A stretch of 63,401 nucleotides of DNA, filler included. It is 5 parts of 5 records of this genome, joined end to end, with 100 filler letters (N's around TTAATTAATTAA, not from the genome) between each part and the next. Parts side by side here need not be neighbours in the genome. Positions count along the whole stretch, not along the records: positions 1 to 15,317 come from SRR20825019_123; 4 more parts are not named here. One strand, 5' to 3'. The translations under genes and the position numbers were made by a program. The notes under the pieces were generated by a model. It did not search any database. It worked only from the letters and a program-made list of their open reading frames with translations, and was not told the origin of the DNA. Positions 1-10,280 of this stretch are shown piece after piece; position 1 is the first letter of the stretch; each line of letters opens with the position of its first letter.

Positions 1-1478
1 ATGTTCTGATAGCAGACCGGACGCAGGAAACGCCGTATGGCCATGGTGCCGACCGAGGTTCCGCCGAAATTGGTGGTCGCCGGATAGGGCCCGCCATGGA
101 CCATGGCGTCGGCGACGGCCACGCCCGTCGAAAACCCGTTGGCGAGCAGCCTGCCGGCCTTGCGCTCCAGCACCGGGATCAGCGAGCGCGCGAACTCGGC
201 ATCGTCGTGATCCATATGCAGCGTACAGGTGAGCTGACCCTCCAGCCGCTCGGCAACCGCGCGCATTTCCTGGGCATTGGACGCCATGACAATGATGCCG
301 AGCGGGCCGAACACCTCATGGGCGAGCGACGGGTTTTCGAGGAATGCCGCAGCCGAGACCTTGTAGAGCGCCGGCGCCGCCTTGCGATCATGCCCTTCCG
401 CCTTGACCAGCGTCTCCACGCCGCTTGCATCGGCAATCGCGTCGCTGCCCTTGCGGAAAGCCTCCGCGATCCCTTCCGTCAGCATCGTGGCCGCGCCGAC
501 CCTTGCCAGTTCCGCGGCCGCCTCTTCGGCGAACCGATCGGCCTCCGGGCCCGACAGCGTCACCATCAGACCCGGATTGGTGCAGAACTGGCCAACGCCC
601 ATGGTCAGCGATGCAGCCCAGCCCTTGGCGATGTCAGCACCGCGATTGGCAACCGCATCCGGCAACAGGAAGTTGGGATTGACCGATCCGAGCTCTCCGA
701 AGAACGGGATCGGTTCATCGCGACGGGCGCAAAGGTCGAACAGCGCCCGGCCGCCGGCAAGCGAGCCGGTGAAGCCGACCGCCTTGATCAGCGGATGGGT
801 CACGAGCATCGCGCCGGCCTCATGCGAGGCGCCCTGCAGCAGGGAGAACACACCCGGATGAATGCCGCATTTCTCCGCCGCCGCGGCAATCGCCTCGGCC
901 ACGATCTCGCCCGTTCCGGGATGGGCTGGATGGCCCTTGACGACCACCGGGCAACCGGCGGCAAGCGCGGATGCGGTGTCTCCGCCGGCCGTTGAAAAGG
1001 CAAGCGGGAAATTGGAGGCGCCGAACACCGCCACCGGGCCGATCGGGCGCTGGATGATCCGCAGATCCGGCGAGGGCGGCGTTGCCTCCGGATTGGCCGC
1101 GTCATGCCTGCGGTCGAGATAATCGCCGTCCATGATGTGACGCGCGAACATTCTGAGCTGGCCGGTCGTACGCCCGCGCTCGCCTTCGAGCCGCGCTTCC
1201 GGCAGGCCGGTTTCCGCCGCGGCGATCGCGGTGATGTCATGACCGCGTTTTTCGATCTCGTCGGCGATCTTGTTCAGGAATTCGGCGCGGGTCCTGCGGG
1301 AGGTGTAGCCATAGTCCCAGAACGCGGCCTCGGCGGCCTTGACCGCCTCGTCCACCAGCCCCTCCTCGACCTCGAAATAGTCGATCGGCTTTCCCGTCAC
1401 CGGCCGGGATGTGAAACTCTTGGTGGCTTCCTTCCAGTCGCCGCCGATCAGATGTCTGCCATGTGGTTCGAACGTCAT
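1..1478 (-). CDS. Aldehyde dehydrogenase, alpha-ketoglutaric semialdehyde dehydrogenase (KGSADH)-like; 3' end runs off the window
   Basis: Absent from the ORF track; read manually on the minus strand from ATG 1478 (GGAGA RBS upstream): MTFEPHGRHLIGG..., PIGPVAVFGASNFPLAFSTAGGDTASALAAGCPVVVKGHPAHP, GFTGS, FFGELGSVNP, GQFCTNPG (catalytic Cys). Confidence 0.9.
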   Translation of the reverse strand, partial: MTFEPHGRHLIGGDWKEATKSFTSRPVTGKPIDYFEVEEGLVDEAVKAAEAAFWDYGYTSRRTRAEFLNKIADEIEKRGHDITAIAAAETGLPEARLEGERGRTTGQLRMFARHIMDGDYLDRRHDAANPEATPPSPDLRIIQRPIGPVAVFGASNFPLAFSTAGGDTASALAAGCPVVVKGHPAHPGTGEIVAEAIAAAAEKCGIHPGVFSLLQGASHEAGAMLVTHPLIKAVGFTGSLAGGRALFDLCARRDEPIPFFGELGSVNPNFLLPDAVANRGADIAKGWAASLTMGVGQFCTNPGLMVTLSGPEADRFAEEAAAELARVGAATMLTEGIAEAFRKGSDAIADASGVETLVKAEGHDRKAAPALYKVSAAAFLENPSLAHEVFGPLGIIVMASNAQEMRAVAERLEGQLTCTLHMDHDDAEFARSLIPVLERKAGRLLANGFSTGVAVADAMVHGGPYPATTNFGGTSVGTMAIRRFLRPVCYQN

Positions 1479-1493
1479 CGGTGTTTTCTCCAT

Positions 1494-2636
1494 TCAGATC
1501 AGTTCGCGTTTTGCGAGATTGGCCATCAGCGCGCGGATGCCGAAGCTCCACGGCGCGCACTCGGTCGAGAGGCGAACGGTATTGTTGAGCTCGCCGAGCC
1601 CCGGCGCCGCAATCGTAACCCTGTCGCCGGTCTTGTGGGTGAAGCCCTCGCCCTTCACGTCGCGATCCTCGGTGGGCGCGAACAGGGTTCCGAGGTAAAG
1701 CATGAGACCATCGGGATACTGGTGGTGACGACCGATGGTCTGGCGGACGAGCATCTCCGGATCGCGGCTGATCTCCGACATCGAGGAATGTCCCGTCATG
1801 GTATAGCCGTCCTCGCCGTCAACCGTCAGCGTCAGTTCCGCGCGCCGCACGTCATCGAGCGTGAAACGCGCGTCGAAGAGCCGGATCATCGGCCCGATCG
1901 CCGCAGACGCATTGTTATCTTTGGCCTTGCCCAGCAGCAGCGCCGAACGCCCCTCGACATCGCGCAGATTGACATCGTTGCCGAGCGTGGCGCCGACAAT
2001 ACGGCCCGTAGACGATACAGCGAGAACAATCTCGGGCTCCGGATTGTTCCATTTCGAGACCGGATGAAGGCCCACATCCGCACCCGGGCCGACCGAAGAC
2101 AGCACCTGCGCCTTCGAGAACACTTCCGCGTCCGGGCCGATGCCGACCTCGAGATACTGGCTCCAGAGCCCCTCCTTGATCAGGGCCTCCTTGACCCGGA
2201 TCGCCGCCTCGGAGCCCGCTTCGAGGTTCCTGAGGCTGTCGCCGATCGTCTCGCCGATGCGGGCGCGAATGGTTTCCGCCTTCCTCGGGTCGCCTGCGGC
2301 CTTTTCCTCGATCACGCGTTCGACCATGGAGCGCGCGAAGGTGACGCCGCAGGCCTTGATCGCCTGCAGGTCGCACGGGCTGAGCATATGGGTCCGCGCG
2401 CCGTCGCCTGGCCGCACCGCGGCAATCTCATCGAGCGGACCGAGAAGCCGGCCTTCGGCACTGCGGACATAGGCGGCCGGATCTGCCATTTCGCAGACGT
2501 CGCGCACCAGCGGCGCCGCCTTGTCGGTGATATCGAAAAGGGCGCCATCGCGCAGCGTCACGATCGCGGGCCCGTCAACGTCGGCAAGCCAGACGCGTCC
2601 GATATAGGCGCCGGTGGGGTCGTCGATGATGCTCAT
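1494..2636 (-). CDS. Fumarylacetoacetate hydrolase family protein, XylX-like 2-keto-3-deoxy-pentonate dehydratase type
   Basis: Motifs DLQAIKACGVTF, SQYLEVGIGPDAEVFSK, WNNPEPE, GNDVNLRDVEGRSALLLGKAKDNN. Start placed at ATG 2636 behind a GAGGGAGG RBS. Confidence 0.85.
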   Translation of the reverse strand: MSIIDDPTGAYIGRVWLADVDGPAIVTLRDGALFDITDKAAPLVRDVCEMADPAAYVRSAEGRLLGPLDEIAAVRPGDGARTHMLSPCDLQAIKACGVTFARSMVERVIEEKAAGDPRKAETIRARIGETIGDSLRNLEAGSEAAIRVKEALIKEGLWSQYLEVGIGPDAEVFSKAQVLSSVGPGADVGLHPVSKWNNPEPEIVLAVSSTGRIVGATLGNDVNLRDVEGRSALLLGKAKDNNASAAIGPMIRLFDARFTLDDVRRAELTLTVDGEDGYTMTGHSSMSEISRDPEMLVRQTIGRHHQYPDGLMLYLGTLFAPTEDRDVKGEGFTHKTGDRVTIAAPGLGELNNTVRLSTECAPWSFGIRALMANLAKRELI

Positions 2637-2740
2637 GCCTGCCTCCCTCATGATTGGCCTGCAAGCATGCGCAAAATGGCGTTCGACGCAAGCATTCTCC
2701 ACGGCAGGCGCGGCAGCACCCCGCCTGATGCCCGAGAGAC

Positions 2741-3691
2741 CTACTTCCGACTGATCTGCGCCGGCCAGCCGACGATGTTGTCCTCGAGCGTCGACAGCCA
2801 TGCGCGCGCTTGCCGGTCATTCACCAGACAGGCGTCGAGGAAGGCGAGCGTGAGCATGGAGACGGCTTCACGCTGGGCGGGATTGCCGGGCGTCGGGTCA
2901 TTGCGGGTCATGCCGCCGAGAAAATGATCGGCCTCGTCCAGCACGGCGAGATATTTGTCGCCTGCGGGCGCATGGTGAAACGGCTCGGTCTTCCAGCGCC
3001 AGTCCTGCCCCTTGGCGCCGCCATCGCGGGTCCCGGTCACAGTCAGCATCGGACCTTCGATCGCGTCCCAGGAGCCGTCGCGCAGGCCCTGCTGGCCGCG
3101 GCCCTGGGGGCTCAACAGCACGGCGGCCGCAAACCGCCGGTCATGGAAGCTGCGCGCGCCCTCGCCCGGCAGGTCGATCTCCGCGCCAGACAGAAGTTGC
3201 GAGGCATAGGCGCCGAAGGAATGGCCGGCGATCGCTGTCGGCAGCGACCCGGCCGATGCGCCAACCGTTTCCGCCCTTATCGACGGGAGATTGTCCATGA
3301 CGGCGGTGACGATCCGGATCCGGTCCAGCCAATAGAACGGCGTATGCAGGACTTCGAAAAGCCGATCCCTCAACGCCGGAACCACGATCCACCTTGAAAC
3401 CTCCGGCGCATCGGGCGCAAAGCCGAGTTCGTGAGCGGCAGCCGCAACCGCAGCCGCGCCATCGGCAAAGGTCGGATGGATGACGAGATAGCCGTGGCCG
3501 GCCAGAAACTCCGAGAGTTCCACATGGTCCTCGCCGTTGCCGCCAAGACCGTGACAGAAGACGACGGAACCCTTCGCCTGCCTTTCGGCAGGAAAGCGGC
3601 AGACGAGCGGCAATGTCGCCTCCCCGCCTGCAACGTCGATCCGGACGGTCCTGACAGCGCCGGGATCGCCCGGCCAACCGATAACATCCAT
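2741..3691 (-). CDS. Alpha/beta-fold hydrolase (PAF-acetylhydrolase/dienelactone hydrolase-like)
   Basis: HGLGG oxyanion motif, GHSFG nucleophile elbow, TGTRD acid and ADHFLGG His. Confidence 0.75.
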   Translation of the reverse strand: MDVIGWPGDPGAVRTVRIDVAGGEATLPLVCRFPAERQAKGSVVFCHGLGGNGEDHVELSEFLAGHGYLVIHPTFADGAAAVAAAAHELGFAPDAPEVSRWIVVPALRDRLFEVLHTPFYWLDRIRIVTAVMDNLPSIRAETVGASAGSLPTAIAGHSFGAYASQLLSGAEIDLPGEGARSFHDRRFAAAVLLSPQGRGQQGLRDGSWDAIEGPMLTVTGTRDGGAKGQDWRWKTEPFHHAPAGDKYLAVLDEADHFLGGMTRNDPTPGNPAQREAVSMLTLAFLDACLVNDRQARAWLSTLEDNIVGWPAQISRK

Positions 3692-3711
3692 TGTATTTCC
3701 TCCGCTTTCCT

Positions 3712-4914
3712 TCAGATCACGCCGGCGCTGCGCAGGTCGGCGATCTCGCTTTCGGAGAACCCGGCGTCCCGGAGCACGCTCGTGGTATCGGCGCCGAGCT
3801 CCGGCGGCGGCGACTGCGCGGTCACCGCCTCGCCATTGGCGCGGAAGCTCATCGAGGGCACATGGATCGGCCCGTCATGGCCTTCGATCCGGAATTCGGA
3901 AAGCAGGCCGCGCGCGGCAATATGCGCCTCCGAAAGGGTTTCGTCGAGGCTGCGCACCCTGGCGGCGGGAACATCGACCTTTGCCAGCAGTGCCTCCCAT
4001 TCATCCGCCGTGCGGGTGAGGAAGGTGGCGTTCAGCGTTTCACGCAGCGCGACCCGGTTTTCCATGATGGCTGACACGGTGTTCCAGCGCTCATCGGCGA
4101 GGATGTCGTCGCGGCCGATCGCGCCGCAGAGCTTCCTGAACTGCGGCGCGTTGTTGGCGGCAAGCATCAGCACCCCATCCCTGGTTTCGAAAGCGCCCGA
4201 GGAGGGGCTGGCGCTCCAGGCCTCGTTGCCGCTCTGGCCCGGTTTCCAGCCGGCGGTCATATGCTGGGTCATCAGCGAGGCCATCAGCATCAGCGCGGTA
4301 TCGAGCATGGCGACGTCGACCTCGACGGCCTTGCCGGTGCGGCCGACTTCCAGGAGCCCGGCCATGATCGCCTGCGCGGCGTTCATGCCGGTGGCGAAGT
4401 CGATATAAGGCGCGCCGACCTTGGTCGGGCCGTCGCCGGGTTTTCCGGTGGTCAGCATGATGCCGCACATGCCCTGGATGACATGGTCATAGGCCGGCCG
4501 GCCGCTCCACGGCCCGTTCTGGCCATAGGCGGAGATCGAACAATAGACGATGTCGGGCTTGATGGCCTTCACGGTTTCGAATCCCAGCCCGAGCCGCTCG
4601 GCGACGCCGGGCTTGAAATTCTCGACGAAGACATCGGCGCCGGCGATCAGCTTTTTCGCGACCTCGAGACCCTTCGGGCTTTTCAGGTCGATCGTCACGG
4701 ATTTCTTGGCGGCGTTCTGGGTCAGGTAGTTCGAGGCCATGCGCCGGGCGGTAAGCTTCGGCAGCAGACCCCCGAGGCGGGTCCAGTCGCCCTCGCCGGG
4801 TTTTTCGATCTTGATCACTTCGGCGCCCATCAGGGCCAGTTGATAGGTGGCATAGGGCCCGGCCAGAACCTGGCTCAGATCGATCACCCTGACGCCCTTG
4901 AGTGGCTGAAACAT
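3712..4914 (-). CDS. CoA-transferase family III (CaiB/BaiF)
   Basis: PLKGVRVIDLSQVLAGPY, GAEVIKIEKPGEGD, ADVFVENFKPG, GAPYID (catalytic Asp). Confidence 0.9.
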   Translation of the reverse strand: MFQPLKGVRVIDLSQVLAGPYATYQLALMGAEVIKIEKPGEGDWTRLGGLLPKLTARRMASNYLTQNAAKKSVTIDLKSPKGLEVAKKLIAGADVFVENFKPGVAERLGLGFETVKAIKPDIVYCSISAYGQNGPWSGRPAYDHVIQGMCGIMLTTGKPGDGPTKVGAPYIDFATGMNAAQAIMAGLLEVGRTGKAVEVDVAMLDTALMLMASLMTQHMTAGWKPGQSGNEAWSASPSSGAFETRDGVLMLAANNAPQFRKLCGAIGRDDILADERWNTVSAIMENRVALRETLNATFLTRTADEWEALLAKVDVPAARVRSLDETLSEAHIAARGLLSEFRIEGHDGPIHVPSMSFRANGEAVTAQSPPPELGADTTSVLRDAGFSESEIADLRSAGVI

Positions 4915-5009
4915 ATTGGCTTTCCAGTCTTGGTACAGGTGCGCCGCGCGATAGTGCGCGACGCGTTTTCTTCGGGGACGGGCCTGCTGGCGCGGTTCGC
5001 AGTCAGGCG

Positions 5010-5978
5010 CTATTGCGCCGCCTTCATGGCGCTTTCAATGATCGTCTTGTTCTTGGCGTAAGTGGCCCTTATTTCGGCGTAGGACTCATCGACATCGAAA
5101 AACTGGATCGGGATATCGGCCGCCGCCGTGATCTTCTGGAAGCTTTCGTCGGTTTCGGCGCCTGCAAGTGCTTCGGCGAGACGATCGAGGATAGCGCGCG
5201 GCGTCCCCTTGGGCAGAAACAGCGTGGTGCGCGAATCCATCGCCAGCGGATAGCCCTCCTCCTCGATCGTCGGCACATCCGGCGCGGAGGGATGGCGGAA
5301 GCTGGTAAGGGCTGAGATCGTCTTCAATTCGTCCGGATAGCGGTAGTGAATGCCGCCGGAAAACGCCATGGCCACCTGATTGCCGAGCAGCGCATTGATC
5401 ATCTCGCTGCCGCTCTGCAGCGGCACGACGTTGATGTCGAGATCGTTGTCCTTGCTCAACGCCTCGATGTAGAGCCGCGCTTCCGGGCTGAGCGCGCCGA
5501 AGCTGGACCCCGGGTTTTCCTTGGCCCATGCCACATATTCGGTGAGGTTGTTGTACGGGCTGTCCTTCTGGGTGGCCATGCCGACCTGATAAGACGTAAT
5601 CATGCCGGCATATTCGAAATCATCCGGCGTGAAGTTGATGCCCTCCATGACGAAGGGGGCGGAGTTCACCACCGAGTTCGACTGGAACAGCATGGTATAG
5701 CCGTCGGGCTTGGCCTTCGTCAGTTCGCGCGCGGCGACCGCGCCGCCGGCGCCCGGCTTGTTGGCGATATTGATCGGTTGGCCGAGCCTGGCGGACATGA
5801 CCTGGGCGGCAGCACGGGCAACCAGATCGGTCTGGCCGCCGGCGCCGTAGCCCACCAGCATGGTGATCGGCCTGTCGGGATAGGCATCGTCCGCAAAGGC
5901 CGCCCCCGAAAGGCTGGCGAGGCCGATGGCCGCGCCACTGATAAGGCCGAGAAGGCCCCGTTTGGTAATCGAGTTCAT
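5010..5978 (-). CDS. tctC: Tripartite tricarboxylate transporter substrate-binding protein (Bug/TctC)
   Basis: Signal peptide, YPDRPITMLVGYGAGGQTDLVAR, NKPGAGG, PDVPTIEEEGY. Confidence 0.88.
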   Translation of the reverse strand: MNSITKRGLLGLISGAAIGLASLSGAAFADDAYPDRPITMLVGYGAGGQTDLVARAAAQVMSARLGQPINIANKPGAGGAVAARELTKAKPDGYTMLFQSNSVVNSAPFVMEGINFTPDDFEYAGMITSYQVGMATQKDSPYNNLTEYVAWAKENPGSSFGALSPEARLYIEALSKDNDLDINVVPLQSGSEMINALLGNQVAMAFSGGIHYRYPDELKTISALTSFRHPSAPDVPTIEEEGYPLAMDSRTTLFLPKGTPRAILDRLAEALAGAETDESFQKITAAADIPIQFFDVDESYAEIRATYAKNKTIIESAMKAAQ

Positions 5979-7552
5979 CGCTCATCCTCCCTGGTGATTG
6001 CGTGAAGTCCAGTTTCGTCCCGGCCTTCCGGGCCGGAAAAATCATGCGCATCATGCCTGACGACCGATGTCGCCATCTTGCTGCCATGGCCGATCCACCA
6101 GGTCACGACCACGGTCAGGACCAGGAAAACGATCGCGATCGGGTGTTTCAACAGGTTGACCACGTTGTGGTCCAGCAATTGCAGCGACTGGCGGAAGCTC
6201 AGTTCCAGATTGGGGCCGATGACGAAGCCGATCAGGAAAGTGACGAAGGAAAAATCGAGCTTGCGCGCGAAAAACCCGACCAGCGCGAAGGCCAGCATCA
6301 CATAGATCGAGAAGATGCTGCCGGTTTCCATATAGGCGCCGATGCTGCACAACAGCAGGACGCATGGTATGATCAGCCGCATTGGCGCCTTGATGATCTG
6401 GGCGAACACGCGCTGGCCGAGATAGCCGATCACCAGCATGATCACGCTGGCGCACAGCATCGCGGCATAGACGTCGGCGACGAGGCGCGGCTGCTGCTTG
6501 AACATCAGCGGGCCGGGGGTCAACCCATGCAGAATGAAGGCGGCGATCAGGATCGCGGCGATGACGCTGCCGGGAATGCCGAGCGCGAAAAGCGGGATCA
6601 GGCTTGCGGGCACGACCGCGTTATCCGCGCTTTCGGCCGCAGCCACGCCCTCGATCATGCCCTTGCCGAATTTTTCCGGCGTCTTGGACGCCTTGCGGGT
6701 GGCGCCATAGGACAGGAACGAGCCGACGCTGGCGCCGAGGCCCGGCAGGATGCCGACGACCGAGCCGATCAGCGTTCCGCGCGCGATCACCGGAAGACAG
6801 CGGCGCCACTCCGACCACAGGATCACGCGGTCCTCGCGCCTGTCGCTGTCGCGGATTTGGCCGGTCGTGGAATCGAGCGTCTTGATGTTGCCCGCCTGCA
6901 CCGCCATTTCGGCGACCGCCAGCATGCCGATCGCCATCGGCACCAGCTTGATGCCGTCATCGAGCTCCAGCAGCCCGAAGCTCATGCGCGGCACGAAGGT
7001 CTCGGTCTCGAACCCGATCGTCGCAAAGAAGATGCCGAGCGCGCCGGCGATCAGGCCCTTGGTCATGGAGGTGCCTGAAAGCCCGCCGATGAAGGTGAGC
7101 GAAAACAGAAGGATCGTGCAGAGCTCGACCGGCCCGATCAAAAGCGCATAACGCGCGAGCGGCGCGGCCAGCAGGATCAGAATGACCGTCGAGATGAAAT
7201 CGCCGATCACCGAGGCGAACAGCCCCATCTTCAGCGCCTTCTGCGCCTTGCCCTGACGCGCCAGCGGATAGCCGTCAAGCGCGGTCGGCGCCGAGGATGG
7301 TTCGCCGGGCGTGTTGAGCAGGATGGCCGAGACCGCGCTTCCTGCACCACTGCCCTTGGCGATGCCGATCAGCATGCCGATGGCCGCCGGCGGCGAGAGG
7401 TAGAAGGTGAGCGGAATGGCGACAGCCACGCCGGTGCCCTTGCCAAGCCCCGGCAGCGCGCCGACGACGTAGCCGATGAACACGCCGAGCGCCACCCAGA
7501 ACAGCGTGGCCGGGTGCAGCACATCCTGAAAACCCAAAAGCAGATAGTTCAT
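5975..7552 (-). CDS. tctA: Tripartite tricarboxylate transporter large permease TctA
   Basis: VGALPGLG, ILLNTPGEP, EGVAAAESADNA, LFALGIPGS, GLTPGP motifs; many transmembrane helices. Confidence 0.92.
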   Translation of the reverse strand: MNYLLLGFQDVLHPATLFWVALGVFIGYVVGALPGLGKGTGVAVAIPLTFYLSPPAAIGMLIGIAKGSGAGSAVSAILLNTPGEPSSAPTALDGYPLARQGKAQKALKMGLFASVIGDFISTVILILLAAPLARYALLIGPVELCTILLFSLTFIGGLSGTSMTKGLIAGALGIFFATIGFETETFVPRMSFGLLELDDGIKLVPMAIGMLAVAEMAVQAGNIKTLDSTTGQIRDSDRREDRVILWSEWRRCLPVIARGTLIGSVVGILPGLGASVGSFLSYGATRKASKTPEKFGKGMIEGVAAAESADNAVVPASLIPLFALGIPGSVIAAILIAAFILHGLTPGPLMFKQQPRLVADVYAAMLCASVIMLVIGYLGQRVFAQIIKAPMRLIIPCVLLLCSIGAYMETGSIFSIYVMLAFALVGFFARKLDFSFVTFLIGFVIGPNLELSFRQSLQLLDHNVVNLLKHPIAIVFLVLTVVVTWWIGHGSKMATSVVRHDAHDFSGPEGRDETGLHAITREDER

Positions 7553-7995
7553 AGAATACCCGTCCCGAGGACCTTGTAAAACAGAAGCCAGACCGCAATC
7601 ATCATCCCGGCCGTGATGCCGACAATCACCAGCGGCCGCCGCTCACCGAGGAGCAGCAGGCTTGCGACGACCAGAAAGACGCCGCCGGCAAGCGGGGACA
7701 GAAGCAGGAACAGCGCAATCGAGATCAGGAAGATGGCGCCGATCTTGACCAGCGCCAGCAATTCGCCGCGCGCGATCGGCAGTTCGTCATCGCCCGGCGA
7801 CGGCTTGGCGCGCAGATTGGAAAACACCAGAAAGGCCGACAGCACGACCACGACGATCATCATCATGTTCGGCACGAGGCTGGGCGACATCATGCCCTCC
7901 GGTCCGCGCCCGATCCCGTTCGGAATGATGACGGCAAGCGCAAACAGGCCCAGCAGGACCAGAACAACGCCCGAAACAATGTTGGCGCGTCTCAT
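7549..7995 (-). CDS. tctB: Tripartite tricarboxylate transporter small permease TctB
   Basis: Small hydrophobic protein whose stop overlaps the tctA start. ATG 7995 has a GGGAGG RBS. Confidence 0.8.
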   Translation of the reverse strand: MRRANIVSGVVLVLLGLFALAVIIPNGIGRGPEGMMSPSLVPNMMMIVVVVLSAFLVFSNLRAKPSPGDDELPIARGELLALVKIGAIFLISIALFLLLSPLAGGVFLVVASLLLLGERRPLVIVGITAGMMIAVWLLFYKVLGTGIL

Positions 7996-8105
7996 TTCAC
8001 CTCCCATATAGCGACGTTCCCGCGGCAAAAGCCGGGCCGTCACTCTCCTCGGTTGCACTATCGCCTATAAAGCGAAAAGAAATAGTCGAAACTTTCTTCA
8101 ATGTG

Positions 8106-8120
8106 ATAAGTTATTCTGAT
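8106..8120 (+). promoter_or_regulatory. Candidate LysR T-N11-A box overlapping the start of the first LysR gene
   Basis: ATAAGTTATTCTGAT in the AT-rich divergent intergenic region. Related boxes occur at 9158-9172 and 10112-10126. Confidence 0.5.
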
Positions 8121-9072
8121 GGCTAGAACACCAAACCGTCTCGATGGCCTGCGTCTCAGGCACCTGCGCATCCTCGAACTGATCGACGAGCATCGCTCGC
8201 TGCGCGCCGTCGGCCAGGCTCTCAATCGAACTCAGCCCGCCGTTTCGCAGATGGTCAAGGACCTCGAATATGCCTTCGGCGTCGAACTGGTGGCGCGGTC
8301 GGTGCGCGGCGTCGAGCTGACGCGCGCCGGCCATGTCGCGCTGGAGCGCGCCCGTTCGGGGCTTTCGTCATTCGACCATCTCCTGGCCGAGTTGAAGACC
8401 AGCCAGTCTCCGATCCTCAGGATCGGCACCAATCCGGCGCTGATCTTCAACCTGCTGCCGGCGGCGCTGCGCGCGCTCGACGCCGAAAACGGCGCGGTCC
8501 GCTATCGCATTTCGACCGGCGTGGTCGGCGACCTGTTGCGCCAGCTGTGGGACGGTCAGCTCGACTGCTATATCGGGCGGATCGACTGGGATCATATCCC
8601 GAAAAAGGTGATGCCGGTGCTGCGTCACGACCCGCTGGCGCGCACCGATCTCGTGATTGCCTGTTCCAGGAACCACCCGCTCGCGGGGCGAAACGACATC
8701 AATGTTGCCGAACTTGCCGACTGGGCCTGGTTGCTGCCGCTGGAAGACAGCAACAACCGCATCGCGCTCGAAACCGAATTGCTCAACCATGGCATCACCC
8801 TGCGGCAGCCGATGATGGAACTGAACGCCGGCCCCGGCTCGCTGATGACACTGACCCACGAAATGCAGGTGCTGACGCTTACCCCCCGTTTCATGCTCGA
8901 AACCCGGCTCGCCGGCGGGGACCTTGTCGCGCTCGACATTCCCGGTTTCGTGCTGCCGCAGATCCAGGTCGGATTCGTGACGCTGGCCGAGCATGAGGCC
9001 ATGGCCTCCGTCAGAGCCTTCCGCCAGGCCCTGCGTCAGGCCGCCGAGGCGCTCTCGCGCGAAAAAGGCTGA
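8119..9072 (+). CDS. LysR family transcriptional regulator, divergent from the tctB operon
   Basis: N-terminal HTH LRLRHLRIL...SLRAVGQALNRTQPAVSQMVKDLEYAFGVELVARSVRGVELT. Confidence 0.92.
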   Translation: MARTPNRLDGLRLRHLRILELIDEHRSLRAVGQALNRTQPAVSQMVKDLEYAFGVELVARSVRGVELTRAGHVALERARSGLSSFDHLLAELKTSQSPILRIGTNPALIFNLLPAALRALDAENGAVRYRISTGVVGDLLRQLWDGQLDCYIGRIDWDHIPKKVMPVLRHDPLARTDLVIACSRNHPLAGRNDINVAELADWAWLLPLEDSNNRIALETELLNHGITLRQPMMELNAGPGSLMTLTHEMQVLTLTPRFMLETRLAGGDLVALDIPGFVLPQIQVGFVTLAEHEAMASVRAFRQALRQAAEALSREKG

Positions 9073-9190
9073 ACCCTGCAAACATGCCCTCGCATACGCG
9101 CATGCGCGTTCTCTTGGCTCCTGATATTAGTTTTATTTAATTCAATTGCCATCTATCATAAATATTCCTGAAATCAGTTGTGAGATCGGC

Positions 9191-10126
9191 ATGGACCTGA
9201 GGCAAATCCGCTATTTCGTCGCCGCCTGCGAGGAGGGCTCGCTGAGTGCGGCCGCCCACCGCCTGAACTGCACGGCGCCGGGCATCAGCCAGCAGATGAG
9301 CGCGCTCGAATCCCGCCTCGGCACCAGCCTGTTCACACGCACCCGCCGCGGCGTGACGCCGACCGATGCGGGCCGCCGTTTCTACGAGCGTTGCCTCGTG
9401 GTGCTGAAGGCGGTCTCCGAAGCCGAGATCGAGCTTGAGGATTTCCGCGCCGGCATGAGCGGCACGATTTCGGCGGGTTTCGCGCCCGGCCTCGCCAAGG
9501 CGATCGTGCCCACCGCGCTCGCCCGCTTCACCCGCGAGTTCCCGCGCATCGACATCGAAATCGCGAGCGGCACCGCCGATGCGCTGGTCAATTCGACCTC
9601 GTCGGGCGCGCTCGACTTCTATGTCGGCCAGTTCGTGCGCCCCCAACCCGGCCTTTCGGCCGTGCATATCGGGCGCTATCCAGTATCGCTGCTATCCGGA
9701 TCCAGGCGCGGGCTGGCGCAGATGAAACCGGTGCGCCTTGCCGATGCGCCGCCGCTGAAACTGTTCGTGCCGTCCGCCGCCAACAGCCTGCGCCCCCGCA
9801 TCGAGGAGGCGATCCGCAGCGGCGAGATCAACATCGAGCGCAGGATGCTGATCGACAGCCTGTCGGCCGCGCTCGAATTCCTGAGTCAGACCGACTGGTC
9901 CGGCATCCTGCCCTACTGGATCGGCCTCAGGGAACTCGGCAATGACCGCATCACCGTCAATCCGATCGCCAACCCGGTGCTGACCGTCGATCTGGAAATG
10001 ACCCATCCCGCGCAACGCCCGCTGTCGCGTCCGGCGCGGGTGCTGTTCGACTACATCTGCCAGGAGTTGCGCCGCACCGACGAGGAGTGGCGAAGGCTGA
10101 CGGATGGTGCCATAAGCATTTCTTAA
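9191..10126 (+). CDS. LysR family transcriptional regulator
   Basis: MDLRQIRYFVAACEEGSLSAAAHRLNCTAPGISQQMSALESRLGTSLFTRTRRGVTPT. Confidence 0.92.
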   Translation: MDLRQIRYFVAACEEGSLSAAAHRLNCTAPGISQQMSALESRLGTSLFTRTRRGVTPTDAGRRFYERCLVVLKAVSEAEIELEDFRAGMSGTISAGFAPGLAKAIVPTALARFTREFPRIDIEIASGTADALVNSTSSGALDFYVGQFVRPQPGLSAVHIGRYPVSLLSGSRRGLAQMKPVRLADAPPLKLFVPSAANSLRPRIEEAIRSGEINIERRMLIDSLSAALEFLSQTDWSGILPYWIGLRELGNDRITVNPIANPVLTVDLEMTHPAQRPLSRPARVLFDYICQELRRTDEEWRRLTDGAISIS

Positions 10127-10280
10127 AGCTGACATTAGAACAAATAACTGCACGGAATGCCTGATCGCCGTTACAAAACGGGATGCTGGCGGCGGCAATG
10201 CACCTGCCAGCGCAGGAGCAGCGCGATTGGCGCGCGGACGCGGTGGGGAGCCGATCGTCCGGACCCGTGGAGGAAACAAC

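Noticed and set aside
96-2927. Plus-strand ORFs of 299 aa and 607 aa
   Set aside because: They are antisense shadows of the aldehyde dehydrogenase and FAH-family genes.
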